A stretch of 64,000 bases of DNA from Isurus oxyrinchus (Eukaryota). Numbering within the stretch: position 1 is the stretch's first letter; each line of letters starts with the position of its first letter. The position numbers and the translations under genes are program-made. The DNA lies in the NCBI GenBank assembly GCA_026770705.1, contig JANJGN010000031.1, forward strand, positions 992,001 through 1,056,000. The letters run 5' to 3'. Below the pieces are notes generated by a model. That model had not been told where the DNA came from. It searched no databases and saw only the letters and a program-made list of their open reading frames with translations. This document shows, piece by piece, positions 1-13,014 of the stretch.

Positions 1-2080
1 ATCACAGACTTCCGGCAGAGAAACAGCTGAAGTTGTTGAAACAGGAGGAGGCCATTCAGTTTCACTAACTTCTTACACAGGAAGGCCTTCTTGTCTTTCC
101 CTCCTTCATCAAAGGAAATAATTCCTCATTTTCCACCTGATTATTCCTTTATTTGTGTGAAACAACACAATATGATCACCCCTTTATCTCCTATGCTCAA
201 ATGATTATACGAAGGTGCTAGCAGTATTGGCAGGGAGATACTCTCTGGTCCACCCAGGCCTGGTTCACATGTACATCATCGATGACAATATACAAACTGC
301 CCACCTACCCACAGTCATGGGACAGAAGGAAAAAAGAGACAGAAACTCAAACTGATTTTGGGTGTGGCATCTGAGAAATTCCTCTCCGGCTACTCTTGGA
401 TTTCCAAAATCAGTCCAGAGCTCCCTATGACACTAATAATTCAATGTGGTATGTGCCTTTTGCAAGAGGCAGTTCTCACCCGAGTCAGAAACTTGTCGGT
501 CTCTTACTTGAAAGAATTCAGATTAAAATTGATTGAATGATATGGCAGGCTGTTCCAGAGGCTCACTGATATTAAAGGAAACAGTAGCATCCTGATATCT
601 AACCTGGACCGATACTCACCCAACTTTAGATAGTGACCCCTGATCCTACCTAACTTGGAGCCATTTGTTCAACTTGAACAGAAACTATTTCCTTCATCAC
701 CTTGTAGACCTCCATTAGATCACCCCAAGGCTACTCTACCTGCAGACAGACTTCCAGCTCTTTCAGTCGATATCAGAATTACATGTTCATTACAGCCAAG
801 AAAGAGCCCATTCGGCCCTTCGAGTCCATGCCTGCTTTCTGGAGAGCAGTGCAGTCTGCCACATTCTCCGCTCTATTCTGTAAATTTATTTCCCTCAAAT
901 GACTGTCCTATTTCCTTTTCAAATCATTCATTGCCTCTGCTTACACCATCCTCGTGGGCAGTGAGTTCAAGGCCTTTCGCATTTGTTGCCCTAATAAAAG
1001 AAAGTTCTTCCTCACATATCCCTTTCGCCCCAGGCATTGTGATCATTTTGGGGTCCCAAGACCACTTGTTTCAGCAGTGAACCTGGATTTATACTTATAA
1101 ACAGAATCGGCACCAAAACCTTTGTTGCCAGGCCTCTTGTGTGGTCCATTGGTGAAAGGTTTTTGCAGTCTATGTGGAAAAGGTTTTCTTGCCTTCCCTC
1201 TTCAACAATTTTGGTTTTGTAATGGTGAACTGACTAAGGGTAGCTCCTTTGCTCATTTCTCCCCACCTCTCTGCCTGGCACTTTCCTCTTCAGTTTCTTG
1301 TAATAAACTCATCTTCAATGAGCAACATGTCTCGGGGAAACAATACATGAAGTTTTGCATTGCACTCCTGATGTGTTCTTTAAGGAAATGCAAGGATTCT
1401 TCCTGAGGGATCTACCACTTGAAAGCAGGTGCTGTTCCCCGGGTTTTTGGCTCCTCTTCCAACATCAAGGAATGTTCACTGGTTCCGCTGTTTGGCCTGG
1501 CTTGCAATATTGAGCATGGACACCTCCCTGGGCCTTTGGACACCCACAGAAGGGCAGGGATGAACTCCCCCTGAGCCTATAAATGACTTTCCTACCGTAA
1601 CCTTTGTTACTTTTTTCAAAGAAAAAGAATCCCCTTTCTGAGGCATGAAATATATTTCATTAGACATGTTTGAAGTCCATAATGCAGCTCTCTCTCTCTA
1701 TCAAACAAATCATATATTGCACACACAATAATTCTCACAAGCATTTCTCCCATTAGTGTTATCAAAATAATGGGGTTGTAGATATCCGTGTCTCTCTTGC
1801 CTTTATTTTTATAATGACTTTCACCTTCTTTGAGGCTACACTCCAGTGAGCTATCTGAATTTCAGGCAAGGCATTCGTAAAGCACTCGCACAAACCCCTG
1901 AAACTTCGTGTGGGCACCGACAGGCAGGGCTGTCCATCTATGTTCAGATTCTCAAGTTTATCTAAAAGAATATTTTCATCTATTTTAATGAAATGCAATT
2001 TGTTATTAACACCATTTTAAAATTCTAACAGTAGAGCTTCATCTTCAGCAGTGAAGATAAATGCAAAGGGCTCTTTAGGT

Positions 2081-2409
2081 ACTTTTTGTATACCCGTGTG
2101 TCCTTCTAGCATTTTTTGAAAATTCTCAATTGGCGGAGTACAGTGCTTGTGAATTCTCTGGTTCTACCAGAAACTCTTGGGGATGTGCCAGTAAGTTAGA
2201 GGTGTCATGCAAATGCAGGGTGTCCTTGTTTCCTTCTCCAACACTGATCCAAAACTGACGCTCATTCATTGTGCCATTGGAAAATTTCACGAAAGATCTA
2301 CACCCTCCCCCCTCCTGCACCGATATTCACTCATAACGTGAGATATTATTTGTACACATGAGAGGAAACTCGGCCTACATTAGTGGGATTTAATGTAGAA
2401 ATATATTGA
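2081..2409 (-). pseudogene. Highly decayed TCR V relic (candidate)
   Basis: CT-rich intron-like tract and CTTTAG| acceptor. Frameshifted pieces LH*IP, LSCVQIISHVMSEYR, FSNGTMNERQF..TLHL, VEPENSQALYSA, and nonamer-like ACAAAAAGT at 2081-2089. Confidence 0.4.
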
Positions 2410-2749
2410 CTAAAGGAGAAAGAGAGTCAGGGAGATCGGCAGATGGAAGGTGAGAAAAGGAAGGAAGGAAAGAGAACAGGAGAGAGAGAGAGAAAGAGAG
2501 AGACAGAGAGACAAGGAGAATAGTGAGAGTCACAGGCATGCACCCATGGAAATGCAGAGACAGATATAGAAGTAGAGAAAATGAGATTGGGAGACAGAGA
2601 AGGGAATAATCAAGAAATACAGGAGGAAAGACAGAAACCTAGGCAGATACAAAGGAGGAGAGAGAGAGAAATATCATTTGTGTGAACAAATGTGTCTAAA
2701 CTTTTCCCCAAATGAACAAGTTCTGATTTTATGATTATGTTCCCTTTTC

Positions 2750-5250
2750 ATAGAACCAAGGAATCATAGTACTTTTCCAGTGAAGAAGGAGGCTATTAGC
2801 CCATCGAAATTGCACTGGCTCTCAGAAAGCGCTCTCCACCCAGTCCCCCTCCCCTGCCTTATCCCTGTAGCCTTGAACATTCTCTCTTTTCAGATAACAA
2901 TCCAATTCCCTTTTGAATGCCTCGTTCGAACTTACCTCCACCAGCCTCTCAGGAAGTTCGTTCGAGAATCCTATGACCCTTTGGCAGTAAAGAAAATATC
3001 CTCACATCACATTTACTCCTTTTGTCAAGTATTTTGAATCTGTGCTCTCTGGTTCTTAATATCCTCTAGAGTGGTAACAGTTTCTCACTATTTACTCTGT
3101 CTATACCCCTCAGGATCCTGAATACCTCTATCAAGTCTCCTCTCAGCCTTCTTTTATCCAATGAAATCAGTCCCAACCTCTCCAATCTTTTCTCATAGCT
3201 GCAGTTCTTTATCCCTGGAATAACTCTTGTAAAACCCTTCAGTACTCTCTCGAATACCTTTGCATCCTTCCTCAAGTATGGCCCACAGAACTGGATAGAG
3301 TACTCCAGATGAGGGCTAACTAGTGTCTTATACAAGTTCGACGTAACTTCCCTATTCTTGTACTCAGTGCCCCTATTAATGCATCCTAAGATACTATATG
3401 CTTTATTAAGTGCTCTTTCAAGATGCCCTGAAACCTTCAATGACCAATTATACTTTGAGGTCCCTCTGTTCTTGCACCTCCTTTAGAGTTTCTCCCTTTA
3501 TTTTATACTATCTCACCATATTCTGCCTGCAAAAATAAATCACCTCATACTTCTCTGCATTGAACTGCATCTGCCACTTGTCTGCCCAATCCACCAACTT
3601 GTCTATGTTTGTTTGAAGTTCACGATCATCCTCATCATAGCTGATAACGTTTCCAATCTTCATAACATGTGCAAATGTTGAAACCATGCCCTGATCATCA
3701 AATTTAGGTCATCACTATAAATCAGGAGGAGCAAGTTTTCCAACACTGACCCCTGAGGAACTTTACTACCAACGTTCTTCCAATCTGAAAAACAACCATT
3801 TATCACTACTCTCTGTTTCCTGTTACACAATCAATTTCTTCTCCAAGTCACTACTTTCCCTTTCATTCGATGTTTGGAAATTTCATCCTTGCTCAGAAGT
3901 CTGTTGTGTAGCACTATATCAAACACCTTTTGAAAATCCATAGACAGCACATCAACGTTGTTGTTCTTATTAAAGTTCGCTGTTATCTCCTCTAAAGACT
4001 CCAGTAAGAAAATTAAACATGATTTTCCCTTAATAAATCCATGCTGTCTTTTCTTAATTATCCAACACTTGTCGAATAGATTATTGATTTTATACCGTGC
4101 TATATTTTCCAAATAAATTCCTATCACTGAGTCAAACTGGCTGGCCTGTAGTTGCCGGCTTACTCCATGCACCCCAGTTTCAACAAGGGTGTAACATTTG
4201 CTGTTCTCCAGTCCTCTGGCATCTCCCCTATATCCAAGGAAGACTGGAATATTATGACCAGTAATGCAGCAATTTCTACTCTCACTTCCCTCAGCGCTCT
4301 TGGATGCAACTCATACTGTACTGTTACCTTATATATTTGAAGTAAATGTAGCCTGTCTAACACCTCCTTGTTCTCAATTGTTACTTCTTCTAGTGTACGT
4401 TACCTCCTCTCACCTCGGCCTGGGTAGCATCTTCTTGCTTTGTAAAGACAGATGCAAAGTACTTGCTTAATACCCCCGCTATTTCTCCTGACTCTCCATG
4501 AAAGTCCACTCTTTTAACTCTAATCACCCTTGTTCTTTCTTTTACCACCCTTTTACTCTTTACATGCTTATGGAAGACCTTGGGACTTCCTTCTATGTTA
4601 GCTGCCAGTCTTTTTCATGCTCTCTGCTTGCTTTTCTTATTAGAGTTTTCAATTTCCCTCAGGCCTCTCTGTATTCAGTTTAATCTCCATTGTATTTTCT
4701 ACCTGACCTCTATCGCATGCACACTTCTTGCTTTTCATCTTCACCTAGATCTCTTTCGTCACCCAGGGTTCTCTGGATTTATTTGAATACTGGTGAGCGT
4801 GATGCACTACCTGCTTGTTTCTCTTAGACTCTCTGGTGTTAACCTATTCCGTCTCTGCCTGTGTACTTCCGAGCTGCACCGTGACCACCTCTCAAAAAGT
4901 TCTGACCACGTAACCGTCACTTTTGTGGGGTACACCATATTGACTCTGGCTGCCCCTCAAGTTCCCAAACCCAGAGGTCAAGTTCCTGCAGCTGATAACA
5001 CCTACTGCAGATGTAGCCAGAAAGGGCACTTTGTGCTTGTGCGTCCTCCCACATCTGATGCGCACTCCACATGGCCGAGCTGCACTGATAACCTTAAACT
5101 TTATATGAAATGTTTACTGCAGCATGGTTTAACATAATAAATGTCCAGTCACTTACCAATCGCCCCCTCTGTGCTGAGTCCCGAAAAGCCTGTACTTACC
5201 AACCAAACAACTTACCGGACTCCTGTGGCGTTACTGTTAGATTTATATCT
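2750..5250 (-). mobile_element. CR1-type LINE, degenerate
   Basis: RT pieces (NVTPL, QHGFIKGKSCL, LYKTLVSPHLEYSIQF, RRLRGDLIEVF) in ORFs between 3066 and 4363, with many stops and frameshifts. Confidence 0.85.
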
Positions 5251-7189
5251 ATAAACTCCGCCTCTCTCTGCTACTTTATGGGCCCCTTTGACATTCAATC
5301 AGCTTCTTCCCTTGCAACGTCATAAAACGTTTCTCATTATCTCTCCTGTCCTTTTCAACATCATAAAAGCTTTAACAAGAACACCTTAAACTTATATCAG
5401 CACCATTAATGGAATTGAACGTCCGAAGGAGTTTCACAGGAATGTTAACAAACAGAAGTATTACAGGGAATGATATAAGGAGATATTCGAGCAGATGAAA
5501 AAAAATGGTCAATGCGGTGTGTTTAAGAAGCGTCATGCAGAGGAGAAAAAGAGCTGTCCACATGCTTAGACAACTTTCCCTTACCTTTGGAGGGAGGGAA
5601 TCTTTTCTCTTAAGATCAAGGTGACAGGAAACTGTTTTCAGGCTAGCAATATGTGTGGGCTTTGCGTAAGGATGGGATGGGTTCACGAGTATTTCCCTTC
5701 ACTCAGATACTAACTTACACCAAGCCCCATTCACCAGTCAACCCCCCGTCATCACGCCCACTCCCCCTCACGCTCCCCCACTATTTGCTGACCTGAATTA
5801 GTTCCAGCAATGACAAATTTTTAAATTATCATGCTCACCTGAAAAACTATATATGACCTCGCCTCTACCTCTCCCTGAAACCACGTCCGACTCTACAACT
5901 GTCTTGGATCTGTCCATTTGTCCAGATCTGACCCATTGTGTTTCTCCAAAGCTCATCGCTCCGCTTTTAGCTGCTTCGTGATTTTATAAGACTTTGAGAT
6001 GATCTTGCTGATACGAACACAACTCTTCAGAGCCTTAAGATAGTCGACGATGAGTGGCTGTTTCAGCCTGGCTGGAGCGTCGGCAACAAGGTGCGGGGCC
6101 GGGGGGTTGGGGGGCGGTGTGGTGGGGCACGTGGCGGGGAGATGGGCTAGAGGGAAGGTGGCACAGCCTCAGCATAAGAGGTCGGCTATTTGGGATTGAG
6201 ATGAGGAGAGATTTCTTCACTCAGAGGGCTGCGAATCTTTGGAATTCTCTAGTTCAGAGTGCTGGTTAAGTATATTAAGCATATTCTCCATTACATGTGA
6301 GTAATTTTTTTGGATGGTGAGAAAGTTAATGGATAAACGTCATCGGAAGGGAAAGTCGAATTGAAGTAAAGGATCAGCCAGGAAGCTATTGAATAGTGGA
6401 GCAGATTCGAAGGGACGAATGGCCTCCTCTTGCCCCTTTTCACTATGTCCTTACATTCCTATAAGCGTAAAAATGAGATCCTACTCAAAACCTTTGTTTC
6501 TCTCCACCCGTCTTCCATCGTTCAAGATGCTTTAGGACCATAAATTTTATATCTGATGTCTTAACTTCTACTCATACCAAGCTGTGTCAATTTTTAATTG
6601 ACATACGCTCCAGGAAAGCATGTGGGGCGTGATGCTATCTAAATGCAGGTCGCCGTTGTGACTCTGAGTAGCTACAGGAAGTTGAATGTTGAGGGAATTT
6701 ATTGTGTCTTTCTTTCAATGGAGCAGGTTAAGAAGCAGCTTTACCCAACTCCCAGGACTTCCTTTAATGGCCGGGGTTACCACTGAGGTGATCAAGGTGA
6801 AGCTATGAGGTTAATTGTGACGCTTTGCTCAACTGCGGAATCGATCTCATTTACACATTCACTCCCTCCAGCACCAGCGCACAATGGCAGCAGTGTGTAC
6901 TGTCTATAAAATAGGCTGCAGTTGGGCCCGTCCCACAGCACCTCCCAAACCTGGACCTTGAGCACCCAAAATGACAAGGGCAGCAGGCTGGTGGAGCATC
7001 ATCATTTATAAAATTCCGCTCGAAGCCACATACCATCCTGAGTTGGAACTATGTCGGCTCATCCTGTAAATTCCTCCCTAACAGCACTGTGGGTGTACCT
7101 ACAGCAGCTGCAAATGACTCGGGCCTTCATCACCAACTTCTGAGCAATAAATGCAAGCAAACCTGCAAAGGACATTAAGATTTTTTTTA

Positions 7190-7594
7190 TTCATTCAGGG
7201 ATGTGGACTTCGCTGGCTGGGCCAACATTTGTCGCCCAGCCCTAGTTGCCCTTGCGGTGGTGAGCTGCATTCTTGGACCGCTGCAGTCCATGTGGTGTAG
7301 GTACACCCACAGTGCTGTTAGGAAGGAAGTTTCAAGACAATGAAGGAACGGCCTTGGTCGATCCGTCCGGTTTGTTCAACTGAACGGCTTGCTCGGCCAT
7401 TTAAGAACCAACCACATTGACAGGTTGGGATTCGTGAACAAGATGGGCTTTTACAACAATGATTTCAATGCCATTTTTATTAAATTCAAATTCCCCCATC
7501 TGTAATGGTGGGATTTGAACCCGGGCTCCCAAAGCATTACCCTGGGTTCCTGGATTTTTAGTCCAGCGGCGATACCACTGCGCAATCGCCTCCC
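7190..7594 (-). mobile_element. tRNA-derived SINE with LINE-like 3' tail
   Basis: A-box-like TTGCGCAGTGG and B-box GGTTCAAATCC (7511-7521), with a tail shared with 6830-7155 and 10950-11165. More degenerate copies lie at ~9340-9740, 13715-14055, 14870-15210, 30088-30375, 33600-33950 and 57380-57605. Confidence 0.75.
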
Positions 7595-10148
7595 AGATTT
7601 TGGATTTTAACTCGGCAGAATTTCCAGCTAAATTTCTGTTTCCTTCATTTGACCAGTTCTAGCAGGTTACTTAGACTGGCTGAGGGCTGAGCTGGTTGGT
7701 TGAGCCAGTTTAATGAGTTGAGATGTCTCTTCGACGTGGCTCACAACATATTTTATTATTTATTGAATTTGAACTCTTCCAAGAATCAGTTCTCTGGCTT
7801 GTAACTCGACGTTAAACATGTCAAGAAATGTTCTATTCAAATTGCGCACGGCGATAAACTGTACCTTCCACCAGTTGTTCACTTTACATGACAGTGCAGA
7901 TCGCCACCTCATTTCAAGGCGTACACAACAAATGTAGGGTCTGCCCGGGAATGCGAGAACTGGCGGAAATATACAGTGAATAAAGGTTCTAAACGAAACC
8001 AACATTATAGAAACCACATCGCAGACGCCGGACCTACATTTTTGCAGAAATTGGAGGAAATAAATACCTGATTAAAGGTTCAAAACGAAAAAAGCAGGAA
8101 TTGCCAGAAATTCAGAACAAATACGTTGTCTCAAGTATGCCAAAAATTTTCGAAACACACAAGGCGTGCAAGGGTCAAAAGGAACAATAACAACCTGCAT
8201 TTATGCAGCACAGCAACGCAATGCCCAAAGGCAATTCACAGAACCATTGAAAACCACGATCCTGAGCCGCATTAATAGATATTAGCTCACGTGACGAATA
8301 GATTGTTGAAAGAGGTAAATTTCAAGGAGTGTCTTAAAGGAGGATGGCATTTAGAAAAGTGGAGATCTGTAAGGAGGCAACTGAAGGCAGACCGCTCAAT
8401 GCTGGAGCTCAGGAATAACCAAAAGGCCAGAATTAGATGAAAGGAAATACCTGGGACGTTTGTGGGACGGGAGGAGTTTGCAGGGATAGGGAGGGGCGAA
8501 GTCATGAAGGTATTTCAAAGCAAGGATGAGAATTATAAAATCAAGATATAGCAGGGCCAGGATCCAATGTAGGTCAGCGAGAAGGGGGATGCTAGGGAAA
8601 GGGGACTCACTGTGCAACAGGCTCATGTTTGCGGGGCTGAGATGTGCGTAGGAATCGTTAAGTCTAGATTTAACGAAGGCACGAACGAACACTTCAGCAG
8701 CATATAAGCTGAGACAGGGGCGATGCTGAACAATGTTATTAAGATGGTGACAGTGATGGCGCCGATAGTTGTTTGGAAACTTATCTCGGGATTAAATATG
8801 GCTCGAAGCTTATTAAGAGACTTCATTAGTCAGTAATTTCAAGAAATACACCACAGATCCTGGGCCTTATTGGGACCAGATATTTCAGGAAACATACAGA
8901 AGATGAAAAGTCGAATTGGGAAGCAGAAACATGCCAGCGATACGCAACAGATACAGGACCTGAAGAGACACCAATATTTGGACGGACAGCACAACAGACA
9001 CTTAAGCACAAAAACAGAAAGTGGTGGAAAAAAGTCAGGAGGTCCGGCAGCATCTGTGGAGAGAGAGAAACAGTGTTAACTTTTCAAGGCCAGTATTTCG
9101 GAAGGTGAGAATTTTGTACTAATACAGAATTGAAGGGTACAGGGTACTGCACAAATATTGCCGCGGGTTAGACGTGGCAGCACATCCAAGTAATTGTAGA
9201 TATGACGTTCGAATGGAGGTTGTGATACAGAGCAGTGAGGGGAACAATGAATACATGTCAGGCAGCTCACGTTATTGGAACGGCTGGTGCCGGACGCACA
9301 TGTTTAGGCCTCTATTTCATTGTTTAATGTTTTGTTTGCATTCATGATTTGGAGCGTGGCTGGGGAAATACAGAATCTATTGCACACCTCTATTGGCATT
9401 GTGAAGGTGGTGACAAGCCAACGCAGTGTTTATCAATTACAGCTTTACCACCCGGCAGCTTTATGGTTTGCCCGTGCATTTCAGAGACAACCACATTGTT
9501 GTGAGTCTGGACTCACAGACCAGGCCAGATAAGAGCACCAGGTTTCCTTCCTTATAGAGCATTAGTGAACCAGATGGAGTTCTGTGACAATCCAATAGTT
9601 TCATGGTCACCATTACTGAAACTAGTTTATTAATGTCAGTTCCAAATTCATTTAATTAAAAATGCATTACCTGTCATGGTAGTATCTGAAATCATGTCTT
9701 AAGACTATTCTGGATTCTAAGTCGAGTCTACTCTATTAACTTACCTTTTAAGGCAATTTTTCCCCCTCAGTTGCCTTGGTGGAGAAACACAATGTATGTG
9801 GGTTTGTTCTGCAAATAATGTGTGATGTTCTGTATCAACTGCCGTTAAACCCACGCAGCAGAGTGATGTTCTGTTCATTTTGCATCTCTGGATATATTTG
9901 AACCTTGTCAGGTGTACTGTTATAACCACACACCCTGACGGTTTGTTTTCCATCTCTGCTTCTCTGTAATTTGATTATGTCGCTGTATTTTATTGACAAA
10001 GACTGGCGGGCATCAAAACGAAACGTAGAGAGAAATTAGTGGAGATTAATTGAACGAACAGGGTAGAGGGGAGGAGTGGGGCTAGTTGAATTACTCTTGG
10101 AAAGAGTGGGCATGGACTCGAGTGGGCAGAAAGGCCTCCACTCGATCA

Positions 10149-10176
10149 CAGAGAGAGAGTGAGAGAAAGAAATAGA

Positions 10177-10221
<45 letters not shown>
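10149..10221. repeat. (GA)n microsatellite
   Basis: Direct inspection. Confidence 0.95.
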
Positions 10222-10223
<2 letters not shown>

Positions 10224-11829
10224 CTTCCTCTGCTGGGAGAGCCTCAAACGATGGAGGATCATATGATCGAGCGGTAAGGGAATAAAGGCCCCAAAATATT
10301 TCCTTTGGTGGCTCGATGTTCCCTGAATATAGAAGTGATCAAATCGAGGTGAGTAAAATGATTTAATGTGATGACAGGATAGATAGGGAGAAATTATTCC
10401 TGCTGGCAAGAAATCCAGAATGAACGGGCTTAATCTCGTGTGATGTTCTGCATCACCTGCCGTTTGACCCACACAACAGACTGAATTTCTGTTCATTATG
10501 CACATGTTGATCTATTTGAACATTGGCAGCTGTCCTCTGCTAACCGCACACGCTGAGAATCAGTTTTCTACCTCTGCTTTCCCTCTGAGAAAGCTATTCA
10601 TCTGGCCCCATGCCCCGCTCTTAATACATCGCCCTGTAAGAACATATCAGCTTCCCTTTTCGAAGTTACTATTCATTTTCTAGCACCCTTTCAAAGCTGC
10701 AAGCCATAAAGTAACTGTCACCTCTTTTCTGCAAGTCACCTTATTTGCCTGTAATTAAAGTCTCCTGGTTACCGACTCTAAATCCAGGGAAGCAGTTTCT
10801 CCAAAGCTACTCTATCGAAGCCACTAACATTTTTAAACAGTTCTATCAATTTCCTCCAACTTAACCTTCGTACCTCTAAGGAGAGCAATCGCTGATTCAC
10901 TATTGTCTCTACAAAAGTGAAGTCCCTCAACCCTTGTACCATTCCAAGCCACTCACCATTTTGACTTGGAAATATATAACCATTCCTTCACTTGTCGCAG
11001 GGTTAAAATCCTGGAGCTCCCTGCCTAACGGTACTGTGGGTGTTACTACACCACATGGACTGCAGTGGTGGAAGAAGGCAGCTCCCACTTCCTTCTCAAG
11101 GGCAATTAGGGGATGACTAATAAATGCTGGCCCAGCCAGCGGTATCCATACCCATGAACGAATGAAAAAAACAGTCTCGCACAAATCCTACATATCAATG
11201 CTAAAGCTTTGAGATCCTTGCTAAAGTGTGGTGCTTAAGAACTGGACACAATAATCCAGCCTCATTCCTGGTACCATGCTGGCAAATCTCACCATGGTCG
11301 CCTATTTTCTAAGGAAACCAATCACAGTTGTTCTCGTCTCGGCACCTAATAGAGATCATCCACCCCTTTACCACTCTGGTTAATCTCCACTTAAGCTCCT
11401 CTGTTCTGAACAGCATAAAAACAACGTCTCCAGTGTCTCCATAAGAGAGAGAAAAGTAACTCATCCAATCAAGTTTGCATACTAGAGAGGGGAACCAAGG
11501 ACACGTGATGCAGAAGGCGAAGGACACTTTTGCAAGGAGAGAAACAATGACTCTCTTTTCAGGGATACGCAGAAGAACCGTCACAGCAGCAGTTCTACTT
11601 TTTTTATTTTCGTGAATGCATCCAGGTGAATATGTTTAAAATAAATGAAATGTATTTATTGTAAACTGGTATAGGACCAAAACCATTGTTCGCTTTTCGG
11701 CCTGGAGACTAATTGAAAAGGCAAATGTGTAAGAGTGATTATGTAACCTGGCCTCGTCGTTCTTTGATAAAGTCCTGCTCTTTGTCAGACTGCCTACCTT
11801 TCTCACTGTCTCTGTATGTCCCACTAACT

Positions 11830-12419
11830 GACACTATCTGCCTATCTGTAAGTTTATCTGCCTATCTATCTTTCTATTTAACCAGGNNNNNNNNNNNNNN
11901 NNNNNNNNNNNNNNNNNNNNNNNNNNNNNNNNNNNNNNNNNNNNNNNNNNNNNNNNNNNNNNNNNNNNNNNNNNNNNNNNNNNNNNNNNNNNNNNNNNNN
12001 NNNNNNNNNNNNNNNNNNNNNNNNNNNNCTATCCACTTATCTATCTATCTTTCGATCAATCTATCTGTTTATCTATCTCTCTATGTCTGCCTGCCTATCT
12101 ATCTATCTATCTATCTATCTATCTCATGTCTATTCATCTGTCCATCTATCTATCTATGTATGTCTGCCTGCGTGTCTATTTATCTGCTGATCTATCTGTC
12201 TGTCTATCTATCTATCTTTCTATCTATCTAGATTTGTCTGCCTTTCTATCTATCTCTCTGTCTCTCTATCTATCTGCCTATCTAAGTCTGCCTGCCTATT
12301 TATCTACTGATCTATCTATCTGTCTATCTATCTATCTATATTTCTATCTAATATCTATCTATCTATATATCAATCTGTCCATCTGCCTATCTATCCACCT
12401 ATCTATCCACCTAGCTACC

Positions 12420-12452
<33 letters not shown>

Positions 12453-12522
12453 CTGTCTGTCTATCTATCTATTATCTATCTTTCTATCTATCCATCTATC
12501 GACCTATCCATCTATCTAATAT
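11830..12522. repeat. Degenerate (TCTA)n/(TCTG)n microsatellite array containing an assembly gap
   Basis: Tetranucleotide repeats on both sides of 142 Ns (11887-12028). Confidence 0.95.
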
Positions 12523-12653
12523 CTTCTGTTGGTACCAATACATGTACTTCAGCGATTGACTCTGCCGGCAGTTGAACTCCACACTTTTCCCTCGTTCAAT
12601 GGACAGTCTCGTTGGGGATTGGGAGATTCGGTGCTCGCCCTGACAGATCACAT
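12523..12653 (-). pseudogene. TRBV: TCR-beta-like V exon, 5' half only (V12)
   Basis: Polypyrimidine tract and TTGCAG| acceptor, then VICQGEHRISQSPTRLSIERGKSVEFNCRQSQSLKYMYWYQQK (first Cys and WYQQ intact). It ends abruptly at the (TCTA)n array; no FR3 or RSS found. Confidence 0.88.
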
Positions 12654-12968
12654 CTGCAACAGAAAAAAAGGGAACTAAATTTAAAGGGGTGGCTGGGAAC
12701 GTTGTGGAAAGCAAATCAGTTGCACTCCTGTTAATAATGAGCAAATGGCACAGCAACATCATGGAATGAGTACATTGGAGGTTAATTGGCAACACCCAAA
12801 AGCTGCTCTTCCAGAGTCTCCGCTCCACCATTACCTCCGACCAAATTTCTTCTCCCCGACTGGCCCAGCGCTGATGGCAGGGAGTTCAACTTCTAACATT
12901 CAGTTAAAAACTTTCAATTTCTGTGATAATAAGCTCATAAAATGGGGTCATAGGATCAAATGACTTAC

Positions 12969-13014
12969 ATGGCAGCAATACGACAATGATGCATGAATCG
13001 AGACCCAAATACAT
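12969..13014 (-). pseudogene. TRBV: TCR V leader exon (V12)
   Basis: ATG at 13014, 46 bp, MYLGLDSCIIVVLLP+1 nt, then a canonical donor T|GTAAGT. The phase-1 end matches the V exon acceptor at 12654-12655. Confidence 0.85.

Noticed and set aside
1824-1961. Minus-strand AG..GT-bounded open segment (KLENLNIDGQPCLSVPTRSF..AHW)
   Set aside because: No recognisable family and no partner exon; compatible with chance.
7505-7594. tRNA gene
   Set aside because: The A and B boxes belong to a SINE head; no cloverleaf.
7760-7960. Minus-strand pieces faintly like a V exon (QTL..TP*NEV, LHCHVK, QFIA)
   Set aside because: Needs several frameshifts; no WYxQ, YYC or RSS.
11713-12575. Long ORFs rich in S/I/Y/L (and the H/T-rich ORFs at 38163-38749)
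   Set aside because: Translations of microsatellites.
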